DNA of 51,955 nucleotides from Deltaproteobacteria bacterium (GTDB lineage: Bacteria; Desulfobacterota; Dissulfuribacteria; Dissulfuribacterales; UBA3076). Below the pieces are notes generated by a model. It searched no databases. It worked only from the letters and a program-made list of their open reading frames with translations, and was not told the DNA's origin. Positions within the stretch are counted from its first letter, which is position 1. Each line of letters begins with the position of its first letter. This document shows, piece after piece, positions 1 through 7,305 of this stretch. Position numbers and translations under genes: made by a program. The stretch is from NCBI GenBank assembly GCA_030262715.1, contig JAJSZR010000002.1, positions 1-51,955 on the forward strand. Direction: 5' to 3'.

Positions 1-1
1 A

Positions 2-130
2 ACTGCAGGTACGGTTCTTTATGGCGGCGAACAACGATTCATTGTCCGTGGAGTCCACATTCTCAATCCGCTCCTTGTAGAAGATATCTGGGAGACCCTG
101 ACTTCTCCGGTGGAGCAATGGGAATCCTGA
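2..130 (+). CDS. 3' end (partial) of probable AAA+/DUF4143-type ATP-binding protein
   Basis: Own translation TAGTVLYGGEQRFIVRGVHILNPLLVEDIWETLTSPVEQWES*; the 'vlYGGE' tail resembles DUF4143 C-termini. Truncated by the window edge. Confidence 0.5.
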   Translation, partial: TAGTVLYGGEQRFIVRGVHILNPLLVEDIWETLTSPVEQWES

Positions 131-274
131 CTTCCAACATCACCCGAGCAATCTCATCTAAAAGTGTTCCACCGATGGAATGCGCAGGACCGATCCGGGC
201 TCCATGAAAAGGGATTGTTCGTTAGGAATCTGCTCGGCAGCGCCCAATAGCGAGTCCGGCGATACCCACATGAG

Positions 275-616
275 TTAAAGCGCTTGTTGGGCGCTGGATC
301 CAGCTGATGTAACTGTTTCGATCTTAGATAGCTCGTCTTTCATTCTATGCTCAGCATACCACAAATCATATGCTTGCTGCATGCGCAGCCAGAGAACTGG
401 CCCATTGCCAGCGAATTTGCCAATCCTAAGCGCCATATCCGTTGTAATTGGATGAGTACAGGCCAAAACGCGGTGTAACTGCTGTCGTGATATTCCGAGC
501 CGCCTTGCGGCTTCGGTTACTGACAGACCAAAGGTTGGAAGCACATCTTCACGCAAAATCTCACCGGGATGAACCGGTGAACGTTTTAAAGGACGCTTAA
601 CAAAATATTCTCCCAT
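275..616 (-). CDS. higA: HigA-family antitoxin (HTH XRE)
   Basis: PVHPGEILRED...AARRLGISRQQL...MALRIGK...LWLRMQQAYDL motifs; lies downstream of the toxin. Confidence 0.93.
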   Translation of the reverse strand: MGEYFVKRPLKRSPVHPGEILREDVLPTFGLSVTEAARRLGISRQQLHRVLACTHPITTDMALRIGKFAGNGPVLWLRMQQAYDLWYAEHRMKDELSKIETVTSAGSSAQQAL

Positions 617-625
617 GACTTCACC

Positions 626-901
626 TCAGTGATATTGTTCAAAATCGACCCTCAGCGCCTCACCCTCTTCCCACTCAAAGGTAATACACCATGGGCCGTT
701 AACATGGATACAATAACGTTTAGGTATTCCCTGCAAACCGTGGAAATTGAATCCAGGTACGTTTATATCCGTTAATGACTCTGCTTGATCCAAAGCTTCC
801 AAACGTCGTAGGGAACGTGATTGTAAATCATGTTTTACCCGGCGGGAACTGCCCCGCTCGAACAGTTCAGCGAGTCCCCTGTGCTCAAAGCTTTTAATCA
901 T
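626..901 (-). CDS. higB: HigB/RelE-family toxin (plasmid maintenance killer type)
   Basis: MIKSFEHRGL...FHGLQG...IHVNGPWCITFEW...VDFEQYH; toxin-first order. Confidence 0.92.
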   Translation of the reverse strand: MIKSFEHRGLAELFERGSSRRVKHDLQSRSLRRLEALDQAESLTDINVPGFNFHGLQGIPKRYCIHVNGPWCITFEWEEGEALRVDFEQYH

Positions 902-907
902 TTTTTA

Positions 908-950
908 TATTGTATCATTTTTTGTTACAGCATCAACATTTATGTTACAG
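908..950 (-). promoter_or_regulatory. higBA promoter with two imperfect palindromic operators
   Basis: Minus strand TTGATG...TACAAT overlapping TGTAAC-ataaat-GTTGA and TGTAAC-aaaaaat-GATACA, directly upstream of the ATG. Confidence 0.55.
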
Positions 951-1144
951 TTGCTTTGCTAAAAATTAAGTGAGATTTGTTTTATAAATGGCTACGCCCA
1001 ATCGCCGCGGATGGTAATAGGCGGCGAATTTTTCAGTTGCTCCGCAATGTTATGACTCTTCCTCCAGAAGATCCTCGCCCATCATCATCTTATAGTGAGC
1101 AAAGTGACCTGTCTTCGACTTTCTCACAGTCCAGAACGTTTCTT

Positions 1145-1160
1145 CTCACCGAGCCGTGCA
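1145..1160 (+). repeat. 16-bp direct repeat CTCACCGAGCCGTGCA, copy 1
   Basis: Identical at 2820-2835; the 11-bp core TCACCGAGCCG recurs at 4805-4815. Confidence 0.85.
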
Positions 1161-1172
1161 GGATTTATTAAC

Positions 1173-1277
1173 ATGACACAGGGCAAGGTTTATCTCGTCG
1201 GTGCCGGGCCCAATCTGGTCAAAAAGGTGGGAGAATTCATTGGGCAATTAAAAGAGGCTACAAAAACGGGATATTAA
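1173..1277 (+). pseudogene. Chimeric mini-ORF: CobA/CysG methyltransferase N-terminus fused to an unrelated C-terminal helix (TrpA-like)
   Basis: MTQGKVYLVGAGP is the uroporphyrinogen-III methyltransferase start motif, but the ORF ends after 34 aa in NLVKKVGEFIGQLKEATKTGY. Confidence 0.55.
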
Positions 1278-1537
1278 CAAGATGCTTTTTGAAATATTAA
1301 CAAAAAGCCTTACGCTGTGATTTGATATTCTCGAATTTCATGGTCAAGGCGGTCTGCTATATGGTCTTCTGGCACATCAAGATTGAAGACGCCATGGCTG
1401 TTCAGGACAAGATGCGAATCACGCCGCTTAGCCAGTCCCTTGGGTTGCCTGCACCCGAGCCGGCATCGCTGAGAAACCTTATGCCCTTCAATCCGGAGGG
1501 GGGTCTACTTGCTGCGGCGGCTTTGTTAAAAAATTAT

Positions 1538-1586
1538 TTGACAAAATCACACCCATCAAATATAGTTAATTAACATATTTATTAAC
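1538..1586 (+). promoter_or_regulatory. sigma70 promoter and likely operator of abiE
   Basis: TTGACA(1538-43)-17 bp-TATAGT(1561-66), followed by the inverted repeat GTTAAT-N10-ATTAAC. Confidence 0.75.
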
Positions 1587-1595
1587 CTGGTATAT

Positions 1596-2192
1596 TTGAT
1601 GAGATTTCTTCAATTACAAAACATTGAAAAATTATACTTTGGGTACGAGGATATTGCGCGTGCGCTTGGCATCACGCTACAATCGGCGAAAGTCACTGCC
1701 AATCGTTATACAAAACAGGGACTTTTGATCAGACTGAAAAGAAATATTTACGTCCTCAAAGAAAGATGGATAAGCATTGATCGTGAGCAGGAATTTCTCC
1801 TCGCTAATATCATCCAGGTGCCGTCCTACATCTCTCTGATGACCGCCCTTGATTACTATGAAATAACGACGCAGGTTCAGCGAGACTTTGTCGAATCTGT
1901 CGCCGTTAAACGAACAAAAGGGGTTGAGATAGAGCAGACGTTTTTTAACTATACAAAAATCAATACTGATTTGTATTCCGGCTTTTCAAGGATACGAGGT
2001 TTCTTCATCGCCGTGCCTGAAAAAGCTTTTCTGGATGCCGTTTACTTGATGTCTTTCGGACGATACCGTTTTGATATCCCATCCATTGATTTCAGCAAAT
2101 TGAATCTGGAAAAGATTGAATATGTGGCCCGATTGTTTCCATTGAAAACACAAAGTTTTTTAAACAAAAATGAATATTTTCGAGAAGCATGA
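1596..2192 (+). CDS. abiEi: Type IV TA antitoxin, AbiEi-like transcriptional regulator
   Basis: N-terminal wHTH (GLLIRLKRNIY), PSYISLMTAL, IAVPEKAFLD; overlaps the abiEii start. Confidence 0.85.
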   Translation: MMRFLQLQNIEKLYFGYEDIARALGITLQSAKVTANRYTKQGLLIRLKRNIYVLKERWISIDREQEFLLANIIQVPSYISLMTALDYYEITTQVQRDFVESVAVKRTKGVEIEQTFFNYTKINTDLYSGFSRIRGFFIAVPEKAFLDAVYLMSFGRYRFDIPSIDFSKLNLEKIEYVARLFPLKTQSFLNKNEYFREA

Positions 2193-2844
2193 AATCTTTG
2201 AAATAGAGGCTTTGGAAAAGCTTAAAAACGAACGACTGATAGAACCTCTGGTATTCGGCGGCGGTAGTATGCTCCGCCTATGCCACGAGCTGAAACGCTA
2301 CTCTGTCGATCTGGATTTTTGGCGGATTAAAAGCGTTCCAGCAGACGCACTATTTGATAAATTTCAACATTTTTTCAAGCAGGAGTATGATGTAACCGAT
2401 GCACAAATAAATCATTTTACTCTCTTGTTCGAGATACGCTCAGCGCATTTCCCCAAACGACTCAAAATCGAAATCAGAAAAGAAATACAGGATTGGGATT
2501 TCCAGGAAAAGATTGCATATTCAAAATTCAGCACAAAACAAGTCGCCTTGAAAGCTCATACCTTAGAACAAACGATGAAGAACAAGATCGCCGCTTTATT
2601 GGAAAGAGGCGAGATTCGTGATGGCTTTGATATTGAATTTTTATTGCGGCAAGGAATCCCCTTGCCTAAACTGACAAAAAATGAAATTTCGAAATTGATA
2701 AATAGAATACACGGATTCAAAGCAAAAGACTTTAAAGTCAAGCTCGGTTCAGTTTTGGAAGGCGATATCCGGAAATATTACATTGAGAACAGATTTAATC
2801 TTTTCAGACAAAAGCTCCCCTCACCGAGCCGTGCAATTGCGTGA
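2170..2844 (+). CDS. abiEii: AbiEii/AbiGii nucleotidyltransferase toxin
   Basis: FGGGSMLRL...RYSVDLDF, KIEI, KIAALLER...RDGFD motifs. Confidence 0.9.
   Translation: MNIFEKHEIFEIEALEKLKNERLIEPLVFGGGSMLRLCHELKRYSVDLDFWRIKSVPADALFDKFQHFFKQEYDVTDAQINHFTLLFEIRSAHFPKRLKIEIRKEIQDWDFQEKIAYSKFSTKQVALKAHTLEQTMKNKIAALLERGEIRDGFDIEFLLRQGIPLPKLTKNEISKLINRIHGFKAKDFKVKLGSVLEGDIRKYYIENRFNLFRQKLPSPSRAIA
2820..2835 (+). repeat. 16-bp direct repeat CTCACCGAGCCGTGCA, copy 2
   Basis: Identical to 1145-1160; lies inside the last codons of abiEii. Confidence 0.85.
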
Positions 2845-2906
2845 AGCTGCAAGTGCCCCCCACCCATGCTGACCCCATATTAACGCTCACAGGACGTTCT
2901 ATGGAG

Positions 2907-2981
2907 TTACTGAGCATGAATAACTTGATCCAGGGTGTCAGAAACCCATTTGTTGAGGCTTTCGCCGCTGGTCTTAGCTGC
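2907..2981 (-). pseudogene. hicB: 3' fragment of HicB-family antitoxin
   Basis: Own translation AAKTSGESLNKWVSDTLDQVIHAQ* matches the HicB C-terminal RHH motif (AA..G.SLN.WV). Confidence 0.65.
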
Positions 2982-3300
2982 GGTTGTTTCCGATTTTTTA
3001 GAAAAGTGCCAAATTCACATGTCTTTTCCTGCAGGCTTCCGTCATCCTGCTCTGATAAAATTGTAGCCATGACGTTTTTTCTGTGGCGTCCAGGCCAGCG
3101 CTGACCTTAACCACAGGTTCCATCATTTTAATCCTCCTTACTGATGATAAAAAACAGAAGGAGGTCCATAGCTGTCTGGAGTTCCATGCACCGGCGAACC
3201 GAGTACAATTCTTTTTACCGTGCGTCCAATATCCTTTTGTGATATGAAATAGTCGAGGATACGGGCCAGATCAGCGGGTTCGTTTGGTTATCAGGGTCTA
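2982..3300 (-). mobile_element. IS110-family remnant: non-coding left end plus frameshifted, truncated transposase 5' end
   Basis: RBS AGGAGG, ATG at 3126, MMEPVVKVSAGLD[frameshift]HRKNVMATILSEQDDGSLQEKTCEFGTF, i.e. the GLDVHK...FGT N-terminus of DEDD IS110 transposases. Outer boundary approximate. Confidence 0.7.
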
Positions 3301-3519
3301 TGCCTCTAAAATTAGATCGACCTCTATCGGACTTCCTCCTGTCTGTACCTTTTATTATATATTATATTTTCATCTTCGGGGGTGACGAAAGGCCCCGTCA
3401 TGAACGTTTGGTAAACTTTTACCTGTACCTCGAAAATCAGTTGTTAATTCTCTTGTGGGTACGCTGCTTCGCATGGCCGCGTGAGACTTTTATGGGAAAC
3501 TTCAAATTGGAGATTGATC

Positions 3520-4617
3520 ATGGGGGAAAAAGACCTTTTTAAATTGACACTGGCTTGCTTGCTGGCGCTTATCGGATGGGTAAACCCAGGCTTGGCAGCT
3601 GATGTGGCTGATTACTGCAAGCAGCTCTACAAAGATGGTCAATACGAGCAAGCCTTTCCAGTATGCCGCGAGGCCTCAAAACAGGGGGATTCCCGTGCCC
3701 AATTCATTCTCGGAAAAATGTATTACTTTGGCAAAGGCGTTCAGCAGAACGATACTGAGGCGGTAAAGTGGTATCGCAAGGCCGCTGAACAGGGGTATGC
3801 CAAAGCCCAAAACATTCTTGGCTGGATGTATGACTTTGGCAAAGGCGTTCAGCAGAACGATACTGAGGCGGTAAAGTGGTATCGCAAGGCCGCTGAACAG
3901 GGGTATGCCAAGGCCCAATGCAATCTCGGCTGGATGTATGACTTTGGCAAAGGTGTTCAACAGGACGATACTGAGGCGTTAAAGTGGTTTCGAAAGGCCG
4001 CTGAACAGGGGTATGCCAAAGCCCAATACGGTCTTGCGGTGATGTATGCTCGCGGCAAAGGTGTTCAACAGGACGATACTGAGGCGTTAAAGTGGTTTCG
4101 AAAGGCCGCTGAACAGGGGTATGCCAAAGCCCAATACGGTCTTGCGGTGATGTATGCTCGCGGTAAAGGTGTTCAACAGGACTATGCCAAGGCGTTAAAG
4201 TGGTATCGACAGGCCGCAGAAAAGGGGAATGTCGATGCCCAATTCATTCTCGGCTGGATGTATGACTTTGGCAAAGGCGTTCAGCAGGACTATGCCAAGG
4301 CGGTAAAGTGGTATTTCAAGGCCGCTGAACAGGGGAATGCCAAAGCCCAATTCAATCTCGCGGTGACGTATGCTAGAGGCAAAGGCGTGCTGCAAAGCGG
4401 TGAGGCGGCAGCCGATTGGTATTACAAGGCCGGTCTTTCCAATCTGAAGGAAGGCAAAAAAGATGATGCATTGAGGTGCGTGGAGCGGATCAAGGACCTG
4501 AAAACCGCATTGCATCTGAGCGTGCCCAACGCCTTTCTGGCTGACAAGCTGTTAACTGATATCTATGGAGGCGTTGCGCCCAATACCTCGCCAGCGCCGA
4601 AAAGAAGTCGAAAGTAA
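3520..4617 (+). CDS. Secreted Sel1-like repeat protein
   Basis: Signal peptide, then about seven 36-aa repeats (AQ..LG.MY..GKGVQQD..EA.KWYRKAAEQG); GGAG RBS before ATG 3520. Confidence 0.92.
   Translation: MGEKDLFKLTLACLLALIGWVNPGLAADVADYCKQLYKDGQYEQAFPVCREASKQGDSRAQFILGKMYYFGKGVQQNDTEAVKWYRKAAEQGYAKAQNILGWMYDFGKGVQQNDTEAVKWYRKAAEQGYAKAQCNLGWMYDFGKGVQQDDTEALKWFRKAAEQGYAKAQYGLAVMYARGKGVQQDDTEALKWFRKAAEQGYAKAQYGLAVMYARGKGVQQDYAKALKWYRQAAEKGNVDAQFILGWMYDFGKGVQQDYAKAVKWYFKAAEQGNAKAQFNLAVTYARGKGVLQSGEAAADWYYKAGLSNLKEGKKDDALRCVERIKDLKTALHLSVPNAFLADKLLTDIYGGVAPNTSPAPKRSRK
3730..4390 (+). repeat. 108-bp tandem repeats encoding Sel1 units
   Basis: Units start at 3730, 3838, 3946, 4054, 4162, 4270 and 4378; the 3946 and 4054 units are identical in nucleotide sequence. 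Confidence 0.9.
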
Positions 4618-4665
4618 AACAGGGGACTGTCTCGTTTGGTACCGGCTGACCAGTGTGATATGGGG

Positions 4666-4794
4666 GATAGACATAGACGAAAATCATCTGTGATTACACT
4701 GCAAAAATCTTTGTGTCTCAACCGCCAGTAATTACCTGGCATGAAGTCATCGGTGATCCCACTATCGCAGATGCCATATGTGATCGCATCATTT
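4666..4794 (+). pseudogene. istB: IS21-family istB helper ATPase fragment
   Basis: Own translation DRHRRKSSVIT / SQPPVITWHEVIGDPTIADAICDRII (two frames) matches the IstB C-terminal motif. Confidence 0.75.
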
Positions 4795-4869
4795 TGTGAG
4801 AATTTCACCGAGCCGCCCTTTGGTCGGCTTAATTGCCTTTGTTGGATGAAGTTGCTGTCCTAATACCCT

Positions 4870-5511
4870 TCAAACCAAGATTACTTTACCTACCCCGCCA
4901 TCAACATAACTCTCTGGATATAAAGATTTTATCTCTGCTTTGTATTGAGTACAATGAGTAGGACAAATCAACCCTAAGTTTTTAAACAAATCAAATTCAT
5001 TAAATCCATGTAATCCACCAATGATTCCATAGAGTTTCCCAAATTGCGAAGCGGCTCCGAGAATATGTGCCATTCTTGGATGAGAACACCCTGCAATTAC
5101 CACTATCCCTCTATTTGTTTTAATTGCCATACTTTGCTCTATACCATCGAGCTCGCCAGTAGAGAAAACATTTTCATGAATTTGTTGAGGTTGTTTGATG
5201 CTAACTACTTCTTTTGCTCCAGAAGGTTCGGAACAGGAAATGGGAACATAAACCTTAACTTCTTTATTCGCTTTTAGGAAATCTGGAAGCCCCCCAACGT
5301 GATCAAAATGGGCATGGGAAATAAAAACCTCATCGATAGAAGCAGGATCGATATTAAGTTTTTTCATATTCGAAAGAAGTATGGAACCACTTGTACCTGT
5401 GTCAAAAAGAATTCTCGGCGTCTTCTCTACTTCTACAAGGCAAGAGAAGCCCCAATCGGATTTGAGACCTTTTTGGTAAACAGTGTTGTCATAAACAATA
5501 GTAACCTTCAT
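4870..5511 (-). CDS. MBL-fold metallo-hydrolase (COG1237-like)
   Basis: WGFSCLVE, LFDTG, SHAHFDHVGG, GCSHP, GGLH, PTHCT motifs. Confidence 0.9.
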   Translation of the reverse strand: MKVTIVYDNTVYQKGLKSDWGFSCLVEVEKTPRILFDTGTSGSILLSNMKKLNIDPASIDEVFISHAHFDHVGGLPDFLKANKEVKVYVPISCSEPSGAKEVVSIKQPQQIHENVFSTGELDGIEQSMAIKTNRGIVVIAGCSHPRMAHILGAASQFGKLYGIIGGLHGFNEFDLFKNLGLICPTHCTQYKAEIKSLYPESYVDGGVGKVILV

Positions 5512-5520
5512 TTTTAACTC

Positions 5521-5706
5521 CTATTTTCTTGTTCTTGCTCCTGAATATATAAAAGAATTTTGTTTCATCTTAATCCATTTTCCTTCAATAATGCCAATTA
5601 AATTACTGCACCGGCATTTAACCTCATTCCCATCTCTAACACTATAATCTGCCTCTTCGCTATTTAGTGTGGGTAGCACAATCCTATGATTACAGCCAGT
5701 TAGGCA
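5521..5706 (-). pseudogene. 3' part of a small Cys-containing gene interrupted by the IS3 remnant
   Basis: Open frame CLTGCNHR...VKCRCSNLIG...TRK* ends 9 bp before the MBL start. An orphan ATGAAA lies just outside the IS left end at 6313-6308. Confidence 0.4.
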
Positions 5707-6307
5707 GGGCACGGTATCGGCCCACATCGTAGCCATCGTCCCGAAGTTGACCGCTCATCCGCCGTGAACCATAGCTGCCTCTGGTTTTAGAATGAATTTG
5801 TCGAACCCTGGCAACTATCTCAAAATCAGGATCAATTCTATTCAAATGAACTCTTTTCAGGTACTTGTAATACCCGCTCCGGCTAACTTCCATAACCTTA
5901 CACAAAACGGTTGTGGGGTAGGCTTTCTGTTGCTGCCGGATAAAGCCGTATCTCAGTTCGACTCGTTGGCAAAGAAGGCCGCTGCTTTTTTTAAGATTTC
6001 TCGCTCCATTTGCAGCTGCTTGACCTCTTTGCGGAGCTGGTATAACTCCTGTTTTTCAGGAGTCATATGCCCTTTACCTGGAAAGGCGTGGGTGCTATCT
6101 TTTTCAAGTTGGTTTTTCCAGCGCCCCAGAGAGCTGTGATGGATCCCAAGGTTGCGTGCGGCTTCTGATACTTTATAGCCTTGTTCAGTTATCAGTTTAA
6201 CAGCGTCAATCTTGAATTGTTTTGAATAGTGCTTTCGTTTCTGGGCCATGGGGCACCTCCTTAAAGCTGGTAACACGCTTTTCGGAGTGTCCGCTATAAC
6301 TATACCA
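5707..6307 (-). mobile_element. IS3-family element, truncated (orfA intact, orfB 5' part only)
   Basis: Left end TGGTATAGTTATAGCGGACAC; orfA 6249-5953 (KQFKIDAVKL...SEAARNLGI...EREILKKAAAFF); A7G slippery site; orfB LCKVMEVSRSGYY...SYGSRRM...VGRYR breaks off near 5707, with no DDE domain and no right IR. Confidence 0.9.
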
Positions 6308-6591
6308 TTTCATACTTAATCTATCTTGTGTAAGCAAAAATATGCCCATTAGGTTTTGGGGTATTTCTTAAGTATGATGGCGGACAAAACATGACGATTT
6401 CAAAACAACCGTTTTTTCTGTATGAATGTAGTTGTATCTCTCTTTATATTGCATTCCTTTTCATGAAAGGTTGTGAGGTAAGGGGGGGGGAATGAAGGGG
6501 ACGGCCATGATTTTATGCATTTTCTTTTCTTCCAGGTTATAAATGACCCGCAACTCCTCCGTCTCCCTGTCTTCGATCAAGCTGGACGTCA

Positions 6592-7026
6592 TTAACTTTT
6601 AATTGTAAAAGGATTTTTTACCCTCAGGCTATCGAAGCAAAAACCGTCCTGAAGATCCTCTGAAAGGACCTGCGAACATCCGGCAGTCTTCGCAGCTTGG
6701 AGAATGAGGGCATCCCAGAATGAAATCATATGCTTCCTGTGGAGGAGAATAGCCATAACAACCATATCGAAATCAGGAAGCACTGTTTCAAAAACAGACA
6801 TGTAATTTAAATATTCGAGGGATTCCTCTGTTGAAAGCGGCACTTGAATTTTATGGGTCGCCACGTGATAAAATTCTTGAAGGACCTGAATGCTTATCAC
6901 TCCAGATTCGTTTCGAATATGTTCTTTCAAGATCTGCCGGGCCACATTCCTTTTCTTGTTCTGACCGGGTGATGCATCGATGGAATAAATTAAGATGTTT
7001 GTATCCAGAAAAACCTTATCTTTCAT
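6592..7026 (-). CDS. vapC: VapC/PIN-domain toxin
   Basis: VFLDTNILIY, SIQVLQEF, SFWDALI, LSEDLQDG, NPF. Confidence 0.92.
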   Translation of the reverse strand: MKDKVFLDTNILIYSIDASPGQNKKRNVARQILKEHIRNESGVISIQVLQEFYHVATHKIQVPLSTEESLEYLNYMSVFETVLPDFDMVVMAILLHRKHMISFWDALILQAAKTAGCSQVLSEDLQDGFCFDSLRVKNPFTIKS

Positions 7027-7246
7027 GAAGCTCGTTCCTGGTCCAGGTCTTCTTTCCTACCCTGGCTTTGCTCCGCCGAAAAAAAGCTTCCAGGCCCTTT
7101 AGGGTGGCCTCACGAGAGAGATCGCTGAGGATAAACTCTTCTAGTCTTTGTCGGACAACGGCATTGATGGACGTTTTCCTTTGGATGGTCAGTCGGCGGG
7201 CCTTTTCCAGAAGTTCGTCTTCGATTTTCAGTGTGATATTGGCCAT
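7016..7246 (-). CDS. RHH/CopG-type antitoxin partner of VapC
   Basis: MANITLKIEDELLEKAR...TSINAVVR...WTRNELHER; overlaps the vapC start. Start moved to ATG 7246. Confidence 0.85.
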   Translation of the reverse strand: MANITLKIEDELLEKARRLTIQRKTSINAVVRQRLEEFILSDLSREATLKGLEAFFRRSKARVGKKTWTRNELHER

Positions 7247-7281
7247 TTTTGGATTCCTATTCTCAGGATAATTTAGAAACA

Positions 7282-7305
7282 ATCTAGCACAAAAGTTGTG
7301 CCAGA
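7282..7305. promoter_or_regulatory. Palindromic operator upstream of antitoxin-vapC
   Basis: atctaGCACAA-aag-TTGTGCcaga inverted repeat about 40-60 bp upstream of the antitoxin ATG. Confidence 0.55.

Noticed and set aside
1322-1573. 83-aa ORF upstream of abiEi
   Set aside because: It has no recognisable motif and runs over the abiE promoter; likely spurious or an unidentifiable fragment.
3730-4390. Regularly spaced repeats as a CRISPR array
   Set aside because: The period is 108 bp, in frame and coding for Sel1 units; there are no unique spacers and no cas genes.
6333-6348. sigma54 promoter (minus strand TGGGCA-N5-TTGCT) upstream of the IS3-interrupted gene
   Set aside because: GG/GC spacing fits, but the -24 element deviates from TGGCAC; not supportable without comparative data.
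6482-6508. G9 tract as a phase-variation switch, and GGGACGGCCAT similarity to the 45962 element TIR
   Set aside because: The tract is intergenic with no linked gene or promoter evident, and an 11-bp match without a partner end is too weak.
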